In this document: positions 40,942-50,389 of the stretch, piece by piece
Position numbering within the stretch: position 1 is the stretch's first letter
How the letters are laid out: each line of letters opens with the position of its first letter
Notes under the pieces: model-generated
The model's database searches: none
What the model saw: the letters and a program-made list of their open reading frames with translations, nothing else
What the model was told of the DNA's origin: nothing
Program-made: the position numbers and the translations under genes
Origin: an uncultured Planctomycetaceae bacterium
GTDB lineage: Bacteria > Planctomycetota > Planctomycetia > Planctomycetales > Planctomycetaceae
Direction of reading: 5' to 3'
DNA length: 64,000 nucleotides
Assembly (NCBI GenBank): GCA_963815195.1
Contig: CAWFGE010000014.1
Location: 64,001-128,000, forward strand

Positions 40942-41607
40942 ATGGCCGACCGTGGCCTTCTCGACATCCGCAAGACCGTCTCCGCATTCGACTTCATTCT
41001 CCGTTCCTACGGTCAGCCAATCCCGTGGGGTACCCGCCGCGGGGACTATGAGCACGACCTGCTTGTCATGCGGCGGCATGGTGACTTGGAGCATGCAGCC
41101 GTGGAGATTCTCGGTCAAGACCGCACGGTGGCGTACCGTTACCGTGTCCGCTTCGGCGAATCGGCGGCCGTGGGTTTTGACGCAGCCCGGGGAATCGAGC
41201 TGCCAATCCTGCCGAAGCAAAGCGTGAGTGAGTCGCGGGTGCTGATTGGGCCGACGGTCCGCCTCGATGAATACCGCCTCCTGCTGCGGAACCGCTGGGC
41301 TCGCGCCGACCGGCTGACTTTCCGAAACGGGGGCCGGTTCGTCAGCGAGCATACCGCCCGGATCAACGGCGGCCGGGTAGCGGGCGAGGTCTTCGTCGCC
41401 GACGACTCGCGGAAGAGCGGGACGCTGTTGAATGTGGCACAGACGGGCTGCTACGGTTTCGTACGTCATCCCCAGTTCCCCAGCGACATCTACGTCCACC
41501 AGTCGAAGTGCCCGCCTGGGATGCGGCTCGCACCGGGCCTTCGGATCTCGTTCGTGGTCGTGCAGACGCCACGCGGTCTCCAGGCGTATGACATCCGTCG
41601 AGCCTGA
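40942..41607 (+). CDS. Protein with a C-terminal cold-shock domain; N-terminal domain possibly bacterial HORMA-like
   Basis: YGFV..DIYVHQS..GLRISF..RGLQAYDI (CSD); ggag RBS. HORMA call is by eye only. Confidence 0.65.
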   Translation: MADRGLLDIRKTVSAFDFILRSYGQPIPWGTRRGDYEHDLLVMRRHGDLEHAAVEILGQDRTVAYRYRVRFGESAAVGFDAARGIELPILPKQSVSESRVLIGPTVRLDEYRLLLRNRWARADRLTFRNGGRFVSEHTARINGGRVAGEVFVADDSRKSGTLLNVAQTGCYGFVRHPQFPSDIYVHQSKCPPGMRLAPGLRISFVVVQTPRGLQAYDIRRA

Positions 41608-41765
41608 CGCATCGGCCTGGGAAGTTGGGTAACGTTCCGCGCCACTTCGCTGCCTGCGTCATGCACCTCGACGACGCTATAGGGCGAATTATCGACAACT
41701 GTCCGAACACCAAGTTGGATTGACCGGTAGAATCTAGGGCAATACTTTCTTTTCAACGGTCGCGA

Positions 41766-43420
41766 TTACTTGCGTGAGCGACCTGGGAGGAATTGTTCTC
41801 TCAACGAATCACTCCTCGCCACCCGCACCCGCTCAACCACATCTGCCCGCACTCCCTCACAAACCAACCGCACCCCGAGGGATAAGCCCGAAGCCACCAT
41901 CCAAAGCCCACCCGCATCCGAGCCCGCGTAACGCCACTCGTCTCCCACAAATTCACAGGCAGCATCGTACAAATCATTCAATTCCTCCTCAGTCAACTCC
42001 GTCCCCAATTGCAAGGCGATCTCCCGCGCCCGATCCCTCGACAGCTTGCCATTCCCCGACTGCCACAACCCCACAGCATCCGCCAACCGTTCGTATTCAA
42101 TCCAACATTTCGGCCCGGTCCACGCCGCGTACAAGCGCCCCGCCTGCCGGATCTGCGAATCAAACTGCTTGCCGGCCGATTCTCGCGGCACGCCGCGTTT
42201 GCGTTTGGATTCCAGCACAGATTCGCGGTCACGAATCACCCAAAGTAAAAGCGGTTTGTAGGGGGCCAAAAACGGCTGCCAACGGCCCAGCATGCGAACC
42301 AGCCGGGGATCTTTGATGGCCCACGGTTGGGGCAAACCCGCCAAGTACTCTGCCACTCCGCTGAAGTCGCCCGATTCATTGATGTCGCGAAGCCTGACCG
42401 ATTCCCCAAAGGTTTCATCGGCATCCGCCGCCTGCCAGCCCAGGGCATGCAGCATTTTGGTGACGATCGTCGTGCCGGAATTCCCAACGCCCAAGACCAC
42501 GATATTGGGCCGCCCATCCATCGCCATTCGCGGATCGCCGCCGGGCAGGATGTTCAATTCCTTCAGACCGGACAGGTCCAGCATTGTGTTTAAGAATTCG
42601 TGATTCCGATGCCGGTGTTCCTTATATTCGGGCGATTGAACCCGCAGGTGTTTGCAGCGGACCTGTTCGCAGACCGCAACCTGCCACTGCCCCGCCTGTT
42701 TCACCCGCCAGAAGAAGTCGGCATGTTCACGCAGTTTCAGCGGTTCGGTCCAACGATGGTCGGACAGCATTTCGCGGCGGAACAAAGCGAAGTTGTTGGC
42801 GGTGTCGGACAGATAATACTGCGTCTGGCCCGCGAATTGAATATCGCGGCGAACGGGTTTGCCGTTCAAGACGCCGTTTTCCAGGACCAACCGCTGTGCC
42901 CAAGTGGAAACCTGCGGGCCGTGTTTGGTGTGTTCGACCAAAGCCCCGCCGACCACGCCGATGCGTTCGTCGGCATCCAGCACGTCCAGGAACCGGCTGC
43001 AATCCGTCTCCGCCGTGAATTCGTAATCGTCGTCCAGCAGCCAAAGATATGGGGTTTGCAGCGTATCCACGATCCGGTTCCGCGTGGCCGACAAGCCGAT
43101 GTTGAACGGCAACCGCAGATACGTCAGATGATCGTCGCTGACGTTCGCCGGCTGATCGCCATTGTCGCCGATGATGATTCGGGTGGTGGGATAGAATCGG
43201 CGGATGGATTTCACCAGTCGTTCCACGCAGCCTGGCCGACGGAAGGCGGAAATCCCGATCGTCACGTCGCGGGCAATGCGTTCTGTTTCCAGCGTTGCCA
43301 CGTTCGGTTTCGATTTTGTTTGCATCGCGGGTGATTTGTCCCAGCGACCAATCGGACACATCGCCCCCGGCGTGCGGGCCAGGATGCTGACGATCTGGTT
43401 CGCGAGGCGGCAACGGTTGC
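41766..43420 (-). CDS. GT2 glycosyltransferase + sulfotransferase-like P-loop domain; 5' end appears truncated
   Basis: VTIGISAFRRP..IIIGDNG..NIGLSATRN..LLDDD..EHADFF; VLGVGNSGTT..IKDPR. The frame stays open upstream through a Cys motif (RCRL..CPIGRW) to ~43420. Confidence 0.8.
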
Positions 43421-43905
43421 CCCAAGCCGTGATCGTGGCCGGGATTCAGTCGATCTACAAACGGGCAAGTGAACTCGGCGCCTTCGATCTGGTGATCGTA
43501 GATGAAGCGCATATGATCCCCCCGGAAGGCGAGGGCATGTATTCCCAGTTCCTGGCCGAAGCCAAGTTCGTGAATCCCCACCTGCGGGTGATCGGCCTGA
43601 CGGCCACACCCTACCGTTTGAAGTCCGGGCTGATTTACTCGCCGGATCATTTTCTGAGCACCGTCTGTTACGAGGTGGGGGTGCGGGAGCTGATCGTCGG
43701 CGGTTACCTCTGCCCACTCATTACAAAGAGCGGTTCGGCCAAGGCGGATACGCAGAATCTTCACATTCGCGGCGGTGAGTTCATCGCGGGCGAAGTCGAA
43801 GACCTGATGGACAACCAAAACCTTGTCGAGGCCGCCTGCGACGAGATCGTGGAACTGACTCGCGAGCGGAATTCCGTGCTGATCTTCGCCAGCGGCATCC
43901 GCCAC
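43421..43905 (+). pseudogene. Internal fragment of a phage-type SF2 DEAH helicase (RadD/YejH-like)
   Basis: AGIQS, VIVDEAH, IGLTATPYR, GYLCPL, VLIFASGIRH; cut by IS21 at 43906. Confidence 0.85.
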
Positions 43906-43966
43906 TGTTCGGCGGCGATTGGTTTTCCTCTTTAACGACAATTAGGATTTCTGCTGAGTCGGTTGA

Positions 43967-44836
43967 TTAAAGCTCCGAAGGGGCCTGTGAGCGTTTGCCA
44001 GATTTGGCGTCTTTTGCTGTTTCCACGCGATAGCTCGGGACGTTCAGTTCCAGGATCACGCTGTGATGCACCAGGCGGTCGATGGCCGCAGCGGTGGTCA
44101 TGGCGTCTTTGAAGATTTGGTCCCATTTGCTGAAAGCCAGGTTGCTGGTCAAAAGCACGCTGCCGCGTTCGTAGCGCTCGGCGAGCAATGTGAACAGCAC
44201 TTCCATTTCCTCGCGGCTTTGTTGCACATAGCCCAAGTCGTCGATGATCAAGCCCTCGAAATTCCCCAATTGTTTGATCAACTTCGGCAACCTGAGATCG
44301 CGTTTGGCAATCAGCAGTTGTTGCACCAACAGGCTGCAGGTCGTGAATAACAAGCTGCGGCCTTTCTGAATGAGTTGTTCCGAGAGACCGCACAAAGCGT
44401 GACTTTTTCCAGAGCCCGGCCTCCCAAAAATCAGCAAGTTTTCCTTGCGATCCAAGAAGGTTCCGTCGCGAAGCGTCTCCATTTGCCGCGTCACGGTGAG
44501 CGGGAGACGGTTCCACTCGAACGAGGCCCACGTTTTGCCCATCGGCAATTTCGAGCGGGTCATCAAGCGTTTGATCCGGCTTTCCCGCCGCGCTTCGCAC
44601 TCGAGCGTTGTCAGTTCCGAAAGGTACTCCAAGTGGGTTTGGTTCTCGCGGGCCGCTTGATCCGCCAGCGGGCTGAAATGATCCCGAAAGCTCGGCAGGC
44701 GCAGTTCCCGGAACTGTTCCGTCAGCGGCTTGGTCAGGTCGGGTTTCGCCGGCAGAGGCTCGCTCGCCGACGATTGGGGTGGGGTTCTCTTGCGAGAGGT
44801 TTTCGCCGAAGCTTTGGGTTTCTTGTTCATCGTCAT
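43967..44836 (-). CDS. istB: IS21 helper ATPase IstB
   Basis: LRLP, GRPGSGKSH, IIDDLGY, LLTSNL, AAIDRLVHH. Confidence 0.93.
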   Translation of the reverse strand: MTMNKKPKASAKTSRKRTPPQSSASEPLPAKPDLTKPLTEQFRELRLPSFRDHFSPLADQAARENQTHLEYLSELTTLECEARRESRIKRLMTRSKLPMGKTWASFEWNRLPLTVTRQMETLRDGTFLDRKENLLIFGRPGSGKSHALCGLSEQLIQKGRSLLFTTCSLLVQQLLIAKRDLRLPKLIKQLGNFEGLIIDDLGYVQQSREEMEVLFTLLAERYERGSVLLTSNLAFSKWDQIFKDAMTTAAAIDRLVHHSVILELNVPSYRVETAKDAKSGKRSQAPSEL

Positions 44837-46290
44837 CAATCGGACTCTCCATGTCAGGGTGATCAAGCAAACAATCGAACTCCGAAAGCGATGGCGGTTC
44901 CACATCCACATGGGTGGCCAAGGGAATCTCCGCCGCCTTCCACACCAACGAGCGAATCTCATCGAAGTCGATCGACGCGCCCGATTGGATTTTCACACGC
45001 AGCGCCTCCTGCACCGCGTCTTGACTTTCGTGGGCCGCCAACTCCAACAGTTTCAGATAGGTTTTGTCGGCCACTTTTTGCGAATGCGTTTCTAACAACC
45101 GATCGTAGGCCATGCGAAAATAGCTCGTCGGAAACAGTTCCTCGCGATACTTGTAGTTCTCGAACGCGCCCGGTTTTCGGACCAGCGAATCAATCACATG
45201 CCGATAGTTGATCGAGGCTCCGCCGCTGCCGATCAATCGCGGCATCCGCTGGATGAAAACACCCTGGTGCGTGACCTCGATGAACTCCGCGGAAATCTTC
45301 ACGTCCACCATCCGACCGATCAATCGACTGGGCACCGAATACCGATTGGTCCGCACCCGAATCGTGCTGCTCTTGGCCACACGAATGCCGGAAAGGCGTT
45401 CATCCGTGTCGAGCCGATGATCTGGCAAGCGGGCCAAGAACTCTTGTTCCAAGGCAAAGCGTTCTCGACGATGTTGATTCGTCTTCACGATCAGGTCTTC
45501 CAAGAAGGTGACATAGTCTTCGCGACTCGAAAAATCTCGACTCCCCCGCAGAAGCAGGGCTTGATCCACCCGGCTTTTGAGATGGCCGTTGGAGGATTCC
45601 ACATCGCCGTTTTCGTTCGCACATCGTGCGTTGGTTTTCTCCGGTTTGACTCCGTAATGATCCATCAACGCCTGGTAGCGCTTGGTGTGGGTTTTGCGAT
45701 CCGAATGATTGTTGACCGCCGCCGTCAAACTGTCGGTGCGATGCCGCTTCGGCACACCGCCGAACTCCCAAAAGGCTTTCTGAATCCCCGCGGACAAGGC
45801 ACTCGAACGATTCGGAAAAGCACAACGAAACCGACTCCACATTCGAGTACGTCAACACGCAATGAAACAGCGTATGATCGAACCGCTGCCCGGCGATCGT
45901 GACCCGCAGATCATTCATCACCGTAAAATCGCTGGCGGCCAATCGCCCAGGATGATGCACCTGCTCGAACATCACCGGCTTTCCAGGTCCCTTAAGACTT
46001 CGCCATTTTGCCACCCGCCGCTCGAAGGTCCGCCGCGTGGAATGGGGATACTGTCCCGGATACTTTTCCTGGAGCCACTCGAAAAGCGTCTTGGCTTTGA
46101 GACGCGGTTCGGCCTCCAAGCGGACTTGGACTTCGTCCCACACGCTCTCAAAGGGATCGACCCGCGTCCGGTAATCCCGGGCCGTTTTCCGCTCCGAGGG
46201 CAACCGCCCGTTATCGCGGTAATCCCGCGCCGTTTTTTCATCCATGCCACTCATCCTTGCCGAGGCGGCGAGAGAGAACCCCTTGTTCAT
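44830..46290 (-). CDS. istA: IS21 transposase IstA (frameshift ~45800; 3' end uncertain)
   Basis: RTRVDPF, HHPGRLAASDF, GGVPKRHRTDSL, NENGDVES, NRYSVPS. Confidence 0.88.
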
Positions 46291-46429
46291 GCGGGCCCGC
46301 TATCTGCTCGCGCGTGATGCCTACTACGGCCCGATTCTCCACCAATTTTTTTACGGACCCGTTGAGGACAACAGCTAATCCGGCTCGCTGCGCCTTAGCC
46401 GTCAATTTCACTTTTTGCGGAGATTTCAT

Positions 46430-46789
46430 TTGAACGCACCGCTCGTTTATGTCGCCGGCCCCTACACGAAGCCGGACCCGGTCGAGAACACCCACCGAAT
46501 CATTGAGATTGCCGACCGGCTGTGGGATCTCGGCGTCGTACCGGTCGTGCCGCACCTGACCCTGTTCTGGCATTTCTTGAAGCCTCGCTCCTATCAGGAA
46601 TGGCTGGACTACGACCTGCACATCATGGCTCGCTGTGATGCCGTGCTCCGCGTGCCCGGTGAATCCCACGGCGCCGACGGCGAAGTGGCCGAGGCCCTCG
46701 CCCGTGGTCAGCCCGTGTTGCGCCCCCAATCCGCAGACATCGCAGATTGCGTGACGGCGGTCAATGAATGGCTCGCAGCCCCGTCGTGA
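46430..46789 (+). CDS. DUF4406/DUF1937-like (nucleoside 2-deoxyribosyltransferase-like) phage protein
   Basis: VYVAGPY..VPH..WLDYDL..RCDAVLR..SHGADGE. Confidence 0.7.
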   Translation: MNAPLVYVAGPYTKPDPVENTHRIIEIADRLWDLGVVPVVPHLTLFWHFLKPRSYQEWLDYDLHIMARCDAVLRVPGESHGADGEVAEALARGQPVLRPQSADIADCVTAVNEWLAAPS

Positions 46790-47030
46790 GCGATCCGCTT
46801 CGGAATAGCCTGATTCCTTTTCTTTCCCATCGGAGACCTCTGCATGAACGAAGCCCAAGAGACCATGACCTGCGATTCCTGTGAGACCGAAGTCGACAGC
46901 TCCAACACGTGCCCGGACTGCAGACGCTGCCATGTCTGTTGCCGGTGCGGCGCCGGCGAAGGCTGATTCCTCCCATCAGACTCGTGCGTGAAATTGTCAT
47001 TGCTTCCACTCTCAAAGGAATAGAGCCTTG

Positions 47031-47426
47031 ATGACCGAAGAAGACGTTCGCCGGCTGCAATCCGAGAATGAGAACCCGAAAGATCGCATCGGGGCGACGA
47101 AACCGCCACTGCACCTGATCCCCTCCGCGGCCGAGATCCTGGAAAGCCTCGCCATGGCGCACGGGGCCAGGAAATACGGGCCGTTCAATTGGCGGTGGTC
47201 GAAGATCAAAGCTTCGATCTACATCGCCGCCGCGAAGCGACACCTGGCGCAATGGTTCGATGGTCAGGACGTTGATCCCGAAAGCGGCATCTCGCACCTG
47301 GCTCACGCGCGAGCCTGCCTCGGAATCCTGCTCGATGCGATCTCGCTGGACCAGATGATCGACGACCGCCCGGCAACGGGCGCTGCGCCCGAGTTGATTG
47401 AGAAATTCACGTCCCAGTCAAAGTAA
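47031..47426 (+). CDS. DUF5664-like dATP/dGTP diphosphohydrolase domain protein
   Basis: NPKD..KPPLHLIP..GARKYGPFNWR..AAKRHL..DPESGISHLAHA. Confidence 0.8.
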   Translation: MTEEDVRRLQSENENPKDRIGATKPPLHLIPSAAEILESLAMAHGARKYGPFNWRWSKIKASIYIAAAKRHLAQWFDGQDVDPESGISHLAHARACLGILLDAISLDQMIDDRPATGAAPELIEKFTSQSK

Positions 47427-47434
47427 CAAACAGG

Positions 47435-49452
47435 ATGTCTATGTCGTCCGGCAGTATGCTTGAAGCCGCTCTCCGCTACGCCGAACTCGGTTATCCCGTC
47501 TTCCCTTGCGCACCAGGCACGAAGCGTCCGCTCACCGCGAACGGATTCCTGGACGCCGTGACTGATGCCGGACAGATCGAGCAATGGTGGACCGAGCGGC
47601 CGAACGCCAACATCGCCATCGCGACCATCGGATTGCTCGTCGTCGACATCGACTCCGCCGATAACACCTGGCTGGCCGATGAACCCGACAAGCAGATCGA
47701 ACTCGCCTCGGGAGCACTCTCGCTCACCGCGGGAGGTGGGCGGCATTACCTCTTCCGCCAACCCGAAGGTCGGCATTGGCACAACACCACGGGCAGACTC
47801 GCCGAGCGAGTCGATACGCGAGCCGACGGGGGATATATTGTCGTCCCGCCTTCCGTCCTCGAAGGCCGCAAAGCGTATCGCTGGTCACCCGACCTCGAAC
47901 TGGATGTCTCACCGGAGTTATTGCCAGAACCTCCCCAATGGCTCTCGCTGGAACTCGATCAACTCGCCGGAGGCTCGCAATCGGACCACGTCGCGGGCGA
48001 GGTCTTAGCAAACAGCATTCCCTCCGGCCAGAGAAATACGACGCTCGCCCGTCTCGCAGGAACCATGCGCCGGGCCGGGATGTCTCGCGCCGAAATCCTT
48101 GCGGCGATCCTGCAGACAAACAGCGATCGTTGTGATCCGCCCCTCGACGAGCGGGAAGTCGAGCGAATTGCGACGAGCGTGGCCCGCTACGAACCAGATC
48201 AGGTTTCGGTCGCACTCGTTGAGAACCATTGGGAGCAAGACAATCCCAAGCCGGCTTCCGCTCGTGCGGGGCCGCTTCGTTATGCGGCGATCACATCCCG
48301 CGAGCTGGCGGAGACAGAGTTCGAGTTGAATTATCTCATCGAGGGATTGCTCGTCCAGTCGCAACCGGGCGTGATTGCAGGTCCCAAAAAAACGCTCAAA
48401 ACCAATATCAGCATCGATTTGGCTCTGTCGCTCTCACAAGGCGGCTTATTCCTGGGGCGGTTTAATGTTCCCGAACCCGTCCGAGTCGGTGTCATGTCCG
48501 GAGAATCGGGAGCGGCCACGATTCAGGAGACGGCGCGGCGGATCGCAACCACCAAAGGCTGGCATCTCGCGGATTTTGAGAATGTCGTCTGGTCGTTTGA
48601 TGTTCCCCAGCTTGGGGAAACCGCACATACCCACGCCCTGCGGGAGTTTATTACGTGCCATGAACTCGACGTTTTAATCCTCGATCCCACCTACCTCATG
48701 ATGATGAACGTGGGATCGGACGCTGGGAATCTCTTCGTTGTCGGGGCGTTGCTCAAGTCCTTGGGAGAACTGGCCCAAGAGACGGGGTGCACGCCCCTGT
48801 TATGCCATCACTTAAAGAAGGGCGTTTATGAGCCGTATGAACCGGCGGAACTTGAAAATATTGCCTGGTCTGGTTTCCAGGAATTCGTGCGTCAATGGAT
48901 TCTCCTGAACCGGCGGGTCAAGTACGACCCCGATTTTGCGGGACATCACGAGCTTTGGATGTCGGTCGGCGGGAGTGCCGGACATAGCGGCTTGTGGGGA
49001 CTCGATATCGACGAAGGCTCGCGGCAAGATCCCCGCGGCCGACATTGGGACGTGCACGTCTTGCCGGCCAACGAAGCCTATGCCGAACGGCGCGTTCCGT
49101 GGAAGAAGTCGTCGAGGAGCGAAAACAACGTCAACAGGTCGCCCGGGAAGAAAAACAACGCGAGGCCGTCGTTGCCGCCTTGCGGATATTTCCGGACGGG
49201 GAAACACCTCGGGTGATTCGGGAATTGGCGGGCATGAGCGGAGCGGTGGTGACACGCCATCTCGCAGCACTGATTCAAGCCGGCGAAGTGGAGGAATGCG
49301 TCGTGAAGAAAAACACGCGTGAAGAGCGCGCCGTCAAGCTGGTGGGTGGTGGGACTGGTGGGACTGTCCCACCAGTCCCAGCAGGTGGTGCTGGTGGTGG
49401 GACAGCCCCTTATATAAGGGCTGTCCCACCCACCACCACCAGCAGCTCGTAA
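47435..49452 (+). CDS. Bifunctional primase-polymerase + PriCT + AAA_25 helicase (frameshift ~49095)
   Basis: GYPVFPC, NIAIAT..VVDID, GGRHYLF, DTRADGGYIVVPPS, GQRNTTL, AGPKKTLKT, LILDP, CHH. Confidence 0.88.
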
Positions 49453-49487
49453 TCCCGGCATGGTGGGACAGCGAGTTGTCCCACCAG
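49340..49487. repeat. Cluster of three GGTGGGAC/GTCCCACC palindromes (putative origin)
   Basis: tgggactggtgggac-t-gtcccaccagtccca; ggtgggacagccc-cttatataa-gggctgtcccacc; tggtgggaca-gcgagt-tgtcccacca. Confidence 0.75.
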
Positions 49488-49842
49488 AAACACCCCCGAG
49501 AGGTTTCTGTCAAGAATTCCCAAACCAAGGAGACCTGCCCATGACGCCCGCCTGTGACCAATGCCGATTCTTTCACCGCCTGCCCAACGACCCGGACATC
49601 CCCAACGGGCCGAAGTCGATCAAAGGCGAATGCCGCAGGCATCCGCCGGTGGCCCGCCCACTGATCGGGGACCGCGACGATCACCAGTTGGCTGCGTTTC
49701 CGCACGTGGTGGTCTTCGATTGGTGCGGGGAATTTGAGCAGATTCAAGTACAAATGTAATTTGTAACGTACAAACGTAATTTAACTACGTCGATAGCCCA
49801 TGCCATAAGTCAAAGCTGATTAGGTACTTCGGGGCAATAGAT

Positions 49843-50358
49843 TTGACCGAAATCCCAGCGGGAACCACCGCATTATTAACGAGAGTTTGTTGTCTGCGGC
49901 GTGGGACGGAACTTTTCTTGACCCAAATCGACCGCGATGGAAAACACATCTTGCTGGCCGTCCTGGCGGAACTGGAAGTTTTCAGCACGCTGGATGAAAC
50001 GCTGTTTGAGAAAGGGAATCCCTATGTTTGGAACGTCCGGCACGTTGGTGTTCTTTACCGCCCTGCGGTCTGGTTTGGCGGTCCCCTGTCCGCCAGTCGC
50101 CGCAAATCACTTACGCGGGCCACCAGGAAATTGACCCGCGACGGCTTGGTCGATCGCGTGACAGAAAAACGCCGGGACCGCGTGACGCACCTGAAGCTCA
50201 CACCGAACGGATTTTCCCAAGCCCTGCAATTGGCCGACCAAAAGGTCGAATGGCAACAGTTGGTGGATTCCTTGGCCTGGATCGAGTGGGCCGACGACCT
50301 TTGGAACACACTGGATCAATATCCGCCTGCCCTTGAAATCATGGCAGCAACCCTTTGA
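49843..50358 (+). CDS. Hypothetical protein, possible winged HTH; start uncertain
   Basis: SLTRATRKLTRDGLVDR..LKLTPNG. Confidence 0.5.
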   Translation: MTEIPAGTTALLTRVCCLRRGTELFLTQIDRDGKHILLAVLAELEVFSTLDETLFEKGNPYVWNVRHVGVLYRPAVWFGGPLSASRRKSLTRATRKLTRDGLVDRVTEKRRDRVTHLKLTPNGFSQALQLADQKVEWQQLVDSLAWIEWADDLWNTLDQYPPALEIMAATL

Positions 50359-50389
50359 CTGATTTGAAATTCTCTTTGGAGCCGCCCGC

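Larger units (their letters stand above)
43906..46415 (-). mobile_element. IS21-family element (istA-istB); the end upstream of istA is not recognisable
   Basis: Terminus TGTTCGGCGGCGATTGGTTTTCC shared with the copy at 63426; contains istA and istB. Confidence 0.9.
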
